Origin: Cetorhinus maximus
Taxonomy: Eukaryota
Assembly: GCF_964194155.1 (NCBI RefSeq)
Contig: NW_027596099.1
Coordinates: 2,418,001 to 2,482,000, forward strand
Direction: 5' to 3'
Length of the DNA: 64,000 nt
Made by a program: the position numbers and the translations under genes. Numbering within the stretch: the first letter of the stretch is position 1; each line of letters begins with the position of its first letter. Below are positions 24,823-37,370 of this stretch, piece after piece. The notes beneath the pieces were generated by a model, which ran no database searches, had not been told where the DNA came from, and saw only the letters and a program-made list of their open reading frames with translations.

Positions 24823-27800
24823 AGTGTGGGCTCTGTGATCAGTGTGGGCTTTTTGTAGAGTTTGCGCTCTTTGCTCAGTGCGGGCTCTGTGCTCAAGTTG
24901 GGTTACTTGGTCAGCGTGAGCTGTGAGTTAATTGTCAGCCCTGTGTTCAGTGTGGGCCTTGTGTTCAGTGTGGGCTCTGTGTTCAGTGCGGGCTCCGTGC
25001 TCAAGCTGGGCTATTTGGTAAGCGTGAACTGTGAGTCAATTGTCAGCTCTGTGTTCAGTGTGGGCTCTGTGTTCAGGGTGGGCTCTCTTTTCCGTACGGG
25101 TTCAGTGTTCAGCGAGGGCACTATTATCATGGTGAGCTCTCGCTTCAGTGTGGTCTCCGTGTTCATCGGGGCCTGTGCCTTTAGTTCCGGCTCTGCGTCC
25201 ATGAGGGCTCTGTGTTCAGTGAGAGATCCGTTTACAGTGAGAGCTCTTTGTTCAGTGCTGGTTCTGCGTTTATTGTGATCGCAATATTCAGTGAAGGTTC
25301 TGTTTTCATTGGTAGTCTATGGTAGTGCTGCACCCTATCTTCATGGCGAGTTCTGTGTGCAGTGTTGCCTCAGTGTTCAATGCGACCTCTGTGTTCATTG
25401 TGGGCTCGGCGTTAAGGGTGCGCTGTGTTCAGTGTTTTCTCTCTTTTAAGGTTTGCATACTATGTTCAGTAGGAGGTCTGTGTTCAGTGTATGTTTTGTG
25501 TTCAGTCTGGTCTCTGTGTTCAGCGTTAGTTCTGCGCTCAGTTTTGGTTCTTTGTTCAGTGTGGGCCCTCTTTTCAGTGTGGGCACTGTGTTCATTTTGG
25601 TGTCTGCGCAAACTATGAGCTCTGTGTTCACTTTGGATATGTGCACAGCTTCGCCTCTCTTTTCAGTGTGGGATCTTTTTCAGGGTGAGCTCTGTGTTCA
25701 GGGTGAGCTCTGTGTTCAGGGTGAGCTCTGTGTTCAAGGTGAGCTCTGTGTTCAGGGTGAGCTCTGTGTTCAGTGTGGGCTCTGTGTTCAGGGTGAGCTC
25801 TGTGTTCAGTGTGGGCACTGTGTACAGGGTTGGTCCTGTGTTCAGTGTGGGCACTGTGTACAGGGTTGGTCCTGTGGTCAGTATGGGCTCTGTGTTCTGT
25901 GTGGGCTCTGTGTTCTGTGTGGGCTCTGTGTTCTGTCTGGGCTCTGTGTTCTGTGTGGGCTCTGTGTTCTCTGTCGACTCCGTGTTCAGCGCGGACTCTA
26001 TTTTCAGTTTGTGCTCTATTTCTATGGTGTGCTACTGTTTCAAGGTGAGCTCTGTGTTTTGTGTGGACTCTGGGCTCAGTGAGGGCTGTTTTCACTCTGA
26101 GCTCTGTGTTCAGCGCGCGCTCAATATTCTGGGTAATCTGCGGATTCAGCGTGGCCACTGTGTTCATTGCGGTATCTGTGTTCATTGTGAGCTTTGTGTT
26201 CATTGTGGGCTGAGTGTTCATTTTGGATTTGTGATGAGGGTGAATTCTGTTTTCAGTGTGGCTTCTGCGTTCAGTGAGGGCCCTATGCTCATTCCGGGCT
26301 CTGCCTTCATGGTGGGCTCTGTGCACAGTTTGGCTCCTGTGTTGAGTCCGTGCTCTGTGTTCAGCGTGATCTCTTTGTTCAGTAGACTCTGTTCTCAGTC
26401 TTTGGTCTGTTTTAATTGAGCGCCATATGTGCAGGGTTAGCTCTGTGTTTAGTGAGGTCTTTGTGTTCAGTATGGGATCTGTGTTCATTGGGGGCTCTGT
26501 GTTGATTGCGGGCTCAGTGTTCAGTATGAGCTCTGTGTTGACTGCAGGCTTTGTGTCAGTGTTGGCTCTGTGGTAAGTGTGGGTTCTGTATTCAGAATGC
26601 GCTCAGTTTTCACTGTGAGGTCCGAGTTCAGTGTGTGTTCTGTGCTCAAGGGCTATTTGTTCAGCTTGAGCTCTGTGTTCGCTCTCAGATCTATGATCAG
26701 TGCGGTCTCTGTGTTCAGTGCGGTCTCTGTGTTCAGTGCGAACATTGTGCTCAGTGAGAGCTCTGTGTTCAGTGAGGGCTCTGTGTTCAGTGTGAGCTCG
26801 ATGTTCAGTGTGAGCTCTGAGCTCATTGTGGGCTCTCAGTTCCGTGTTGGCTCTGTGTTCAGTGCGGACAAATTTATCAGTGTCAGCTCTGTGTTCCGAG
26901 CGGCCTCTGTGCTCAGTGTGGGCTCTCTTTTCAGTACTGGTTCTCTGTTCAGCGTGGGCTCTATGATCGTGGTAATCTCTGCGTTGAGTGTGACCTCCCT
27001 TTTCATCGGGGCCTCTGCCTTTAGTTCCGGAACTGCGTCCATGATGGCTCTGTGTTCAGTGACAGTTCCCTTTACAGTGTGAGCGCGTTGTTCAGTGTTG
27101 GCTCTACATTCAGTGTGAGCGCAATTGTCAGTGAGGGCTCTGTGTACAGTGCCGGCTCTGGTTTCAGTGGGGGCCGGTTGTCATGCAGCGCCGTTTTTTC
27201 AGGGCGAGTTCTGTGCGCAGTGTTGCTTCAGTGTTCAATGATACCTCTGCGTTCATCGTGGGCTCGGCGTTAAGGGTACGTTTTGTGTTCATTGATTTCT
27301 CTCTTTTAATGCTGCACAGTGTGTTCAGCATGAGGTCTGTGTCCAGTGTGGGTTCTATGTTCAGTGTGGTCCCTGTGTTCAGCGTTAGCACTGCGCTCAG
27401 TTTTGGTTCTTTGTTCAGTGCGGGCACTTTTTGCATTTTGGGCAATGTTTTCATTTTGTGGTCTGTGTAAACTGTGAGCTCTGTGTTCACTTTGGTCTGT
27501 GCACAGCATCGGCTCTCGGTTCAGTGTGGGCTCTGTGTTCAGTGTGGGCTCTGTGTTCAGTGTGAGCTCTGTGTTCAGTTGGGCTCTGTGTTCAGGGTGA
27601 GCTCTGTGTTCAGTTGGGCTTTGTGTTCAGAGTGGGCTCTGTGTTCAACGCTGACTCCCTTTTCAGTTTGCGCTCTATTTCTAGGGTGTCCTCGTTCTTC
27701 CAGGTGATCTCTGAGATTTGTCTGGACTCTGTGCTCAGCGAGGGATGTTTTCCCTCTGAGCTCTGTGTTCCGCGTGCTCTCAATGTTCTGGGTAATCTGT

Positions 27801-30800
27801 GCATTCACTGTGGACACTGCATTCAGTGCAGTATCTGTGTTCATTGTGAGCTTTGTGTTCAGTGTGGGCAGAGTGTGCATTGTGCGATTTGTGATGAGCG
27901 TGAATTCTGTTTCCACTGTGGCTTCTGAGTTCAGTTAGGGCCCTATGTTCATTGCGGGCGCTGCCTTCAATGTGGGCTCTGCACCAAGTATGGCTCCTGT
28001 GTTCAGTGCGGGCTTTGTGTTCAGTGTGGGCTCTGTGCTCACTGTTTGCTCTGTTTTCATTGGGCGCTATATGTGCAGGGTGAGCTCTGTGTTTAGTGAG
28101 GTTTTTGTGTTCATTATGGGATCGGTGTTCATTGGGGGCTCTGTGTACAGTGTGGGCTCTGGGTTCAGTGAGGGCTCTGGGTTCAGTGTGGGCTCGATGT
28201 TCAGTGCGGGCTCTGTGCTCAATGCGTGCTATTTGGTCAGCGAGAGCTCTGTGTGCTCTTTAAGCTCTGTGTTCAGTGCGGGCTCTGTGTTCAGTGCGGG
28301 CTCTGTGTTCAGTGCGGGCTCTGAGTTCAGTGCGGGCCCTGTGTTCAGTGTGCGCTCTGTGAATAGTCTGTGCTCTGATCATGGTGAGCTCTATATTCAG
28401 TGCTGGCTCTGTATTAGTTTTGTGCTCTGTGTTCATCTCGGTCTCCGTTTTCGTTGTGGGTTCTGTGTTCTTTTGGTACGCTGTGTTCCAGCGAGCTCTG
28501 TTTTCAGTACTAGCACGGTGTTCAGTTTTAGGTGTCCTTTCTGTGATCAGTTGTAGCTCTGTGTTCAGTGCCGCTCCTGTGTTCAGTGTGGGCTCTGTGT
28601 TCAGCGTGCACTCTGTGTCAGTGTGGGCTCTGTGTCAGTGTGGGCTCTGTGTTCAGTGTGGGCCATATGTTCAGTGTGCAATCTGTGTTCAGTGAGGGAT
28701 CTCTGTTCAGGGTGAGATCTGTGTTCAGTGCGGGCTCTGTGATCAGTGTCTTTCCTGTGTTCAGATCGGGCTCTTTGATCAGTGTTGGCTCTCTTTTCAT
28801 TTCGGGTTCTGTGTTCATCGTGGGCTCTATGTTCATGGTGAGCTCTGCTTTCAGTGTGGCCTCCGTGTTCATCGGGGCCTCTGAGTTTTGTTCCGGCTCT
28901 GCTCCGTGAGGGCTCAGTTTTCAGTGAGTGATCGGTTTTCAGTGTGAGCTCTTTATTCAGTGTTGACTCTACGTTCAGTGTGAGCGCTGTTTTCAGTCAG
29001 GGCTTTGTGCACAGAGTCGACTCTGTTTTCAGTGGGGGTCTGTTGTCATGCTGTGCCCTATATTCAGGGTGAGTTCTGTGCGCAGTGTGGCCTCAGTGTT
29101 CAATGAGAGCTCTGTGTTCATTGTGGGCTCTGTGTTAAGCGTGCACTCTGTGTTCAGTGTTTTCTCTCTTTTAAGGGTGATTACTATGTTCAGCATGAGC
29201 ACTTTGTTCAGTGTGTATTGTATGCTCAGTGTGATCTCTGTGTTCATCGTGAGCCGTGCGCTGAGTATTGGTTCTTTGTTCAGTGCGGTCCATCTTTTCA
29301 GTGTTGCAACTCTGTTCATTTTAGGGTCTGTGTTAAATGTTGTCTCTGTGTTGACTGTGGGCCTGTGCACAGCGTCGGTTCTCTGTTCAGTGTTTGTTCT
29401 CTGTTCAGGGTGAGCTCTGTGCTCAGGTGGAGCACTGTGTTCAGTTTGGGCCCTGTGTTCAGAGTGAGCTCTGTGTTCAGTGATGGCTCTGTGTTCAGTG
29501 TGGTCTCTGTGTTGAGAGTGAGCTCTGCGTGCCGGATGAGCTCTGTGTTCAGAGTTGTCTCATGGCACAGTGTGGGCGCTGTGTTCAGAGTGAGATCTGT
29601 GTTCAGTGTGGGCTCTGCGTTCATTGTGGGCTCTCTCTCCGTGTTGGCTCTATGTTCAGTGCGGGCTGTGTGATCAGCGTCATCTCTGTATTCAGAGCGG
29701 GATCTGTGAACAATGTTAGCTCTCTTTTCCTTTTCGGGTTTTGTGTTCAGCGTGGGCTCTATGTTCCTGGTGAGCTCTGCGTTCAGTGTGGCCTCCGTGT
29801 TCATCGGAGCCTCTGCGTTTAGTTCCCGCTCTGCGTCGGTGAGGGCCCAGTTTTCAGTGAGTGATCGGTTTACAGTCTGAGATCTATGTTCAGTGTTGGC
29901 TCTACGTTCAGTGTGAGCACTATTTTCAGTCAGGGCTCTGTTCACAGTGTCAGCTCTGTTTTCAGTGGGGGTCTGTTGTCATGCTGTGCCTATGTTCAGG
30001 GTGAGTTCTGTGTGCAGCGTTGGCTCAGTGTTCAATGAGACCTCTGTGTTCATTGTGGACTCTGTGTTAAGGGTGTGCCCTGTGTTCAGTGTGGGCTCTG
30101 TGTTAAGGGTGTGCTCTGTGGTCATTGTTTATCCTCTTTTAAGGGTGATTACTATGTTGAGCATGAGCACTTTGTTCAGTTTGTGTTGTTTGTTCAGTGT
30201 GGTCTCTGTGCTCAGCGTGAGCTCTGCACTCAGTTTTGTTCTTTGTTCAGTGCGGGCCCCCTTTTCAGTGTGGGCACTGTGTTCATGTTGTGGCCTGTGT
30301 TAAGTGTGGTTTCTGTGTTCACTGTTGGCCTGTGCACAGCGTCGGCTCTCTGTTCAGTGTGTGCTTTGTGTTCAAGGTGAGCTCTGGTTCAGAGTGGGCC
30401 CAGTGTTCAGAGTGGGGCCTGTGTAAAGAGTGGGCTCTGTATTCAGTGTGGGCTCTTGTTCAGTGAGGGCTTTATGTCCGGTTTGTGCTCTGTGTCCAGT
30501 ATAAGCCCTGTGTTCAGTTTGGGCTCTGTGTTCAGTGTGGGCTCTGTGTTCATTGTGGGCTCTTTGTTCAGCGTGGGCTCTTTTATCAGGTTGCGCACTG
30601 TGTTTAGTTTGGCCTCTCTTTTCATTGTGGTCTACATGTCCAGGGTGCGCTCTATGTTCAGAGTGTGCACATTGCGCAGGTGCGTTCTATGTGCAGATTG
30701 TGTCCTGTGTTAACTGGGGCTATGGGTACAGGGAGGGCTCTTTGTACTTTTTGGGCTCGGTGTTGAGTGCGGCCGCTATGTTCAGTTTGGGCTCTGTGTT

Positions 30801-32571
30801 AATTGTGGGTGCTGTGTTCATGGTGTGCTCTATTTCATGGTGGGATCTGTTCAGAGATACTTCTCCTGTTCATTGTGTGATCTGCGTTAAGTGCGGGCTC
30901 AGTTCTCGTGTGGGTTCTGTGTTATTTGAGGATGATGTGTTCCAGGTGAGCTCTGTTTTCAGTTTGAGTTTGGTGTTCAGTGTTAGGCGCTTTTTGTGTG
31001 ATTAGTTTGAGCTCTTTGTTCAGTACGGGCTCTGTGTTCAGGCTGCGCACTGTGTAAAGCATGTGACCTATGGTCATGTTGGGCTCAGTGTTCAGTGGGG
31101 CTCTGAGTTCAGTGAGGGCTCTTTCTTCGGTGTGGGCTCGGTGTTCAGTGTTGTCCCTATGTTCAGCGTGGGCTCTGTGTTCAGCGTGGGCTTTGTGTTC
31201 AATGCGGGCTCTGTGTTCAGCGTGGGCTCTGTGTTCAGCGTGGGCTCTGTGTTCAGTGTGGGCTTTGTGTTCAATGCGGGCTCTGTGTTCAGTGTGGGCT
31301 CTGTGTTCAATGCGGGCTCTGTGTTCAGTGTGTGCTCGGTGTTCAGTGTGGGCTCCGTTTTCAATGTGGGATCTATGCTGATGAGGCGCTCTCTGTTGAA
31401 CGAGGCCCTCTTTTAAGGGTGCACTCTCTTTTTAGCATGACCTCTGTGTTCAGTGCGGGCTCCGAGCTCTGTGTGAGCTCTGTGTTCAGCGTGAGCTCTG
31501 GATTCAGTGTGAGCTCTGTGTTCAGTGTGTGCTCTGTGTTCAGTGTGTGCTCTGTGTTCAGTGTGGCTTCTGTTTTCAGTGCGGGCTCTGTGTTCAGTGC
31601 GTGCTCTGTGTTCAGTGTGGGCTCTGTGTTTAACGTGGACTCTGTGGTCAGTGTGGGCTCTGTGTTCAGTGTGAGCTCTGTGTTCAGTGTGTGCTCTGTG
31701 TTCAGTGTGGGCTCTGTGTTTAACGTGTGCTCTGTTTTCAGTGCGGGCTCTGTGTTCAGTGTGGCTTCTGTTTTCAGTGTGGGCTCTGTGTTCAGTGTGT
31801 GCTCTGTGTTCAGTGTGGGCTCTGTGTTCAGTGTGGGCTCTGTGTTCAGTGTGGGCTCTGTGTTCAGTGTGAGCTCTGTGTTCAGTGTGAGCTCTGTGTT
31901 CAGTGTGTGCTCTGTGTTCAGTGTGGGCTCTGTGTTTAACGTGTGCTCTGTTTTCAGTGCGGGCTCTGTGTTCAGTGTGGCTTCTGTTTTCAGTGTGGGC
32001 TCTGTGTTCAGTGTGTGCTCTGTGTTCAGTGTGGGCTCTGTGTTCAGTGTGGGCTCCGTGTTCAGTGTGGGCTCTGTGTTCAGTGTGAGCTCTGTGTTCA
32101 GTGTGTGCTCTGTGTTCAGTGTGGGCTCTGTGTTCAATGCGGGCTCTGTGTTCAGTGCGGGCTCTGTGTTCAGTGTGGCTTCTGTTTTCAATGTGGGCTC
32201 TGTGTTCACGATGCGCTCTATGTTTAGGATGTGCACTGTGTAAATGATGCAATCAATGTTGATGTTGGGCTCAGTGTTCAGCTGAGCTCTGCGTTCTGTG
32301 AGGGCTCTTTGTTTGGTACCTACTTGATATTCAGGCTAAGCGCTGTGTGCACTGTGAGCTGCGTTAAATGTGGTCTCGTCGTTCATTTTGGGCTCTGTGT
32401 TCAGAGTGGCCGTTGTGGTCAGTTTGAGCTCTTTGTTTTAATTGTGGGTGCTTTGTTAAGGGTGCGCTCAGTTTGGGCTCTGTGCTCAGCGTGAGTTCTC
32501 TGATCAGGGCGGGGTCGATGTTCAGATTGAGCTCTGTGGTTATTGTGAGCTCTTTGTTCAGTGTAGGCTTG
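24823..32571. repeat. 18-bp minisatellite array (about 430 units), consensus TGTGTTCAGTGTGGGCTC
   Basis: Continuous 18-bp periodicity. Translates to SVFSVG/CVQCGL/CSVWAL on + and LNTEPT/TEHRAH on -. Most homogeneous at 31440-32210. Confidence 0.97.
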
Positions 32572-33127
32572 TGTGGAAGAATAAAATACATCTACAGGTC
32601 AACTAAGGGTTAAACAGTTAGCACCATGGTGGAATACTAGTTCCCTCTCTCGTTAGCACAATGGTGGAATACTACAGCACAGTTCTCTCTTTTGTTCTAG
32701 CAGGCACACCTGCAGCTGCCAGCTAATTGAGCAGGAGGGGAGAAAGGGGAGTGTCATGGGCAGGCTTCCTGGAGTCCTTGAGACGGGATGTCTGCCCCCA
32801 GGATCAAGCAATGGTCATCTATTCTCTGTCTCACTTTTGTTACTACGTGAGCTTCCCCCAATATCCTGTATAGTCATAAACTTAGAATAGACTAATTGTG
32901 TGACAATGATTCTCAATGTAATTGATCATTGAAAGTTAGACAGCCTTATCACCTTCAAGCTCTTTGATATGTACAACTTCTACTATAAATATGTGTGTGC
33001 TCTGATGCTTCCTCAGAGTGTCAGCTAGCTACCTTGTATGCTACTGGGCTCTCCGTGATATCACGATTAATAAAGGCTTCCGAGTCAAACCTCCTGGGTC
33101 TGAGTGTTCAATCCGATTTCCGCGACA
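32572..33127 (+). mobile_element. ERV 5' LTR
   Basis: TG...CA ends, a U3 direct repeat (gttagcac.atggtggaatacta twice, 32616-32675), TATAAA at 32984 and AATAAA at 33069. A PBS follows 3 nt after the end. Confidence 0.85.
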
Positions 33128-33130
33128 AAT

Positions 33131-33148
33131 TGGCGACAAGGATGGGGT
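33131..33148 (+). promoter_or_regulatory. Primer binding site for tRNA-Ser(GCT)
   Basis: TGGCGACAAGGATGGGGT matches the complement of the tRNA-Ser(GCT) 3' end (TGGCGACGAGGATGGGAT) at 16/18. Confidence 0.8.
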
Positions 33149-35072
33149 CTGACTGAAGTCCAGTAACCTCTTATGTTAGAGAGGTGATTGAAATCCTGGG
33201 CCGTCGGATCTCTAAAAAAGAACCCTCGCGGAAATAAGGGAGGAATACCTCTCCCAAGTTAGGGAGAGTGCGAACTGCATCCTAGCTGAAAAGGGGATTG
33301 CAGTTAAATAGCGTCCCAGCTACCTCTTAAGTTGGAGAGGTGAAAGGGGAACGAACAAGTATCCTAGCTGAAAGGGGAACTGCTTGCAAAAAGGGTAGCT
33401 ACCGACCCAAAAGATTTGAAAGACCCAAGGATTTGGAGGAATTGTTGAGGAATTCTTAAACACCGGTGAGCGCATGGGGTAGGAAATGCGCCGCGCTGTT
33501 AATTGTGTTTTCTTTTCAGAAAAATGGGAGGTCGCAACAGCAGAGCGGCATCTGCCACTCCCCCCGCTTCTCAAAGTACTGAGAACAAACCGAAACCGGC
33601 GAAACCGGAGCTTAAATCAGGAACTTTGAAGATGGGTAAGAAATCGGAAAAAAAATAGTAGTAGTATACCCAAGTGTTCAAGTTCCCTGGAGGTGAAAAG
33701 TAAGTAATTTCTGTGTTTTTCTTTTGTGTCCATTACGGTCCTGAAAATGTTCAATATGTTTCTGATTGGGTTAAATGGACTCAAAGTAAAGGAGAGAGCT
33801 TCCCACCAGCTGGAACTTTTAATCGGGACAGATTTGAGCGCTTATAATATGTTTTAAGGGAGGTAGATAGTCCGATACTGAATTTTCTGCAAGTTAGAAA
33901 AAAGAATGAATTGACCTAAGTTACAGGAGCTGTTTGTGCTGAAGAGAGAGGGAGAGAGAGAGGCTGCCCCGAGGGGGTTAATGAGCAATTTGCAAGCATC
34001 AGCAGAGAAAATGTGAGCTTTCGTCAGTTTGAAGGTCCCTATAGGTGGAGCCTTCAAGATCCCTTTATTCCCCCCACTGCTACTCGAAGCTTCGTTTAGA
34101 GTTAAGTTCAATATTTTAGCAGTATCGATCCATACCTTTATCTATGTTTTTGTTTGTGTGCAATGAAGCATTTGTATGTGAGCTTTAATGTGTTTTCTTC
34201 CCTGAATTGTCTTGTGTGTGTGTATAGTTGTTCTTCCCTGAATGGTCTTTTGTGTGTGTAGTTGAGCACTTGAGTTGAAAGCCCCATATTAGATTAAAGG
34301 AAAAGTTTATTCAAATATTCCAAAGTTTTGAGTATACGGTTTGAGTTGAGATTTCTGGCAAAAATCGTAATTTGAAGGTAGTGTAAAGATAAAACAGGTC
34401 TTTCCTTTGTTTGAGATGAACCAACCTTTGTACCACCCCGTTGCAGACTAGTAGGGAATAACCCTTATCATCAGCTTCCAAGATGATTGGGATTAATACA
34501 TACGAGTTAGTATTCTAAAATTCTGAGAAAAAGAATTACTTGAAATTCAGAAAGATTCTAGGAAAACGAAAAGACATAAACACAAGATCTAGGTGGTTCC
34601 AATGGATAAAAAGGGGTTTCTTATGAAGAGATGAATTAAATATTTAAGGAAATCTGCTTCCCAAAAGCACTCAAATTTGAATTGTGGACAATCTTGAGAG
34701 GTAAAGTGCAGTGTAATTTTACAGGTTACTTTTGAATCAATAGGATGCTATGTAAGATAAATAACGTGTCGATAAACATACGGAAATTATATCTTGGATA
34801 CAAATCATTACACATGAAAAAGAGGTTGTTTTAATTTTGATGGTGTAGATTACAGTTTTTACAAAGTTTAAAAATTTGAGGTTTGGTTCTTGATAAAGTT
34901 CTCAAAAGGGAATTTTCATTTTAGAGGTTTGACAGCAATTGGCACTAATTCAAATGCTGCAAGCCTTTGTGTTTATAAGTCTGTTCCCAAAATATGAAGC
35001 TAAGCTCAAGACCTTGGCGCGATGAAATGAGTATCTTTTGAAATAAGACTTCATTTTTCCTATTTATTGCAA
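33149..35072 (+). mobile_element. ERV internal region: leader, decayed gag, AT-rich filler; 3' truncated
   Basis: ATGGGT (MGKKSEK) at 33632 and FPPAGTFN at 33800-33823, resembling the gamma/epsilon-like matrix motif WPxxGTF. Multiple stops. No pol or matching 3' LTR seen. Confidence 0.6.
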
Positions 35073-36218
35073 GTAATGGAAATTTGCGTGCCTTCACATG
35101 TTATTGCTTTACTGAGTTTCCCAGTTTGGAGCTCACCGAAACGCATTGCGCACATTTCAGTTGACACTCTGTCCATCACAAGCCTACTTCATCCTTGAGC
35201 AGCATCTGGTACAGGCGACGTGGAGCTGTGAACCTGCCTGGAAGGAGTCGTCGTCACTTCGCCCTGGATGCTCAATCGTGGGCAGGATGTGAAGTACGTC
35301 GGCCTCAGCGATTAAGCAAAATCTTTTCAAAATTGTGCTGCCGCCGTCTCTAAAGTCTGTTTTTTTAATGTAAGGAGCCCTGGATCCACATGGAGATGCG
35401 TTATTTTGCGTAAACGTTTCGACGCTCACAAGGTGGAAGAAGACATAATAGTGGCGGAAATGTCCGTTGATCACAGTTGATTTTTATAGGCAGAACTGAC
35501 CAGAAAATTTGCTTATGCTATATTTTATCAAATCTGCCTTCTGTCCGAATTGCTGTGTAGATGCTGCATAGATCGATCGCCATGTGGAAATGAAAACAGG
35601 TTTGCGAATCAATAGCGTGAGCACGTGTTCCACCTCGCACAATGCGAACAAGGACTTGTCTCCCCGTCGCGGAACTGAACCCCGGTCACGCGAGTGATAG
35701 GTGGGGACACTCACCACTATACTATCGAGGAGTGGGCGGCTGATTCGTTCCAAGGGAGCTAGTGATATTCCAACTTGCACTGAGATCTTCATTTTGAAGC
35801 GATCGTTACACAGTTTGCCTGCAAAATGCAGACAATTAAATTCCATGGGTTGGAACTGGATGCATCTTCTTTCTTGAAAATCGGTACATGTCGTCAGTTC
35901 CTCCCGTTGCCCAGAGGCACAGATGCTTCTTCCTCGGCTGTTTCCCTCATTTTCTCACTCGCACAGTCTCGCAAAGAATTCACAAGGAATTCCAGTCGTC
36001 CATCTGCTTCAGACGCCTATCTCCTGCAGCCACACTCCCCGCTCCAATTCCATAATCCACACAAACCAAGTCATAGTGTCGGATAGAAAACTTCACATGT
36101 AAACGGTAAAGGAAGACGTGTCTTCATTCATTTCCACTCAGCAACGTAAGTAAACTTGTCAGATGCAACGTTTCCAAATCACCGGATGTCGCTCTCTGCA
36201 TTTTATTTCCTATTTGGT
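35073..36218. repeat. Relic of the tRNA-Asp repeat unit
   Basis: 35073-35825 aligns with 1447-2200, and 35712-36218 aligns with 1-501. Confidence 0.85.
35660..35731 (-). pseudogene. tRNA-Asp pseudogene (anticodon GTC changed to ATC)
   Basis: Reverse complement TCCTCGATAGTATAGTGGTGAGTGTCCCCACCTATCACTCGCGTGACCGGGGTTCAGTTCCGCGACGGGGAG. Clearly tRNA-Asp derived; anticodon stem is broken and the B-box is altered. Confidence 0.88.
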
Positions 36219-36419
36219 AAGTAAAAGGCGCTCCTCTCCCAGATCAGAGATTTATAAAAGTGTGGGAGCTAAATGGCTGGAGCATACTTTTCTACGAAGC
36301 AGGAAGTATTATCTAGGACAGTGATTTGCCTATAGTAGAACAGAGCTGTCAGGCTGGAGAAATGGGAAGCGCAGTATCTGTGCAGCCGCAGAGACAATGA
36401 TAATATAATATTATTCATT

Positions 36420-37370
36420 AAGGTGTTGGCGTCAATCGTTCGCACAGCATATTTATTGCCCAGACGTAGGTACCTTTGAGAAGGTGGTGCTGAGCTGCCT
36501 TCTTGAATCGCAGCAGTTCCTCTGGTCCCTTACACCCATTGTGCTGTTAGGGAGGGAGTTCCTGGAATTTAACCCAACGACAATATAGGCACAGGGATAT
36601 CATTTCAAATCAGGCTAGTGAATAGCTTGGAAAGGAACTTGCAGATCGTTGTGTTCCCATGCACCTGCTGATCATTTTCCTTATAGATGGTTGTGGTCGT
36701 GGGTTTGGAATGTAATGTCTAAGGTGATTTCGAGAATTCCTGCAGTGCACCTTGCAGATCGTACACACTGCTGCTATTGTTCGTCGGTTTTGGAGGGAGT
36801 CAACGTTTATTGATGTGGTGTCAATCAACGGCTGATTTGTCCCAGATGCTATAATGCTTCTTGACCGCTATTGGAGCTGCACGCATCCAAGCAAGTGGAG
36901 AGTATACCATTACAATCCAATTCCGTGCCTTGTAAATAGTGGAAAGTAATTGGGGAGTCAGGAAGTGTGTTACTCGCCGCAGGATTCCGTGCATCTGAAC
37001 TGCATTTGTAGACGTTGTGTTTATATCGCCAATCCAGTTCTGTTTCTCGTCAATGGTAACCGTTATAATGCTGATAGTCCGACAATCGGCGAGGGTAATG
37101 CCATTGAATGTTAACGGGCGATGGTTTGATTTTCTCTTTTGGAGATAGAATTGCCTGGTACTTGTATGGTGTGAATGTCCTTTGCCACTTGTCAGCAAGA
37201 GCCTGAACACGCTGCATTTGGCCATTACCTCAGGAGTCACGAATTATGTTGAACATTGCCCAATCATCAGCGAACATCCGCATTTCCGACCTTAAGATGG
37301 AGAGAAGGACATTGATGAGGGAACTAAACATCGTTGAGCCTTGACGCTACACGAAGGAACTCAGGTTCCC
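36420..37370 (-). mobile_element. CR1 LINE 3' portion (duplicate of 10450-11370)
   Basis: Minus ORFs 36610-37240 encode GILRRVTHFLTPQLLSTIYKA...YSPLAWM, a CR1 ORF2 C-terminus. Confidence 0.8.

Noticed and set aside
24823-32571. CRISPR-like array
   Set aside because: Units are contiguous with no unique spacers, there are no cas genes, and the context is eukaryotic.
24862-32591. Many long ORFs (CVQCGL Cys-rich, SVFSVG, LNTEPT, TEHRAH) resembling metallothionein, keratin-associated, antifreeze or His-rich proteins
   Set aside because: The 18-bp consensus is stop-free in 5 of 6 frames. The ORFs overlap on both strands and switch frame at indels, so they are a by-product of the repeat.
35660-35731. 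Functional tRNA-Asp(ATC) with a rare anticodon
   Set aside because: The anticodon stem cannot pair (CCCAC/TCGCG), the acceptor stem has a mismatch and the B-box is altered.
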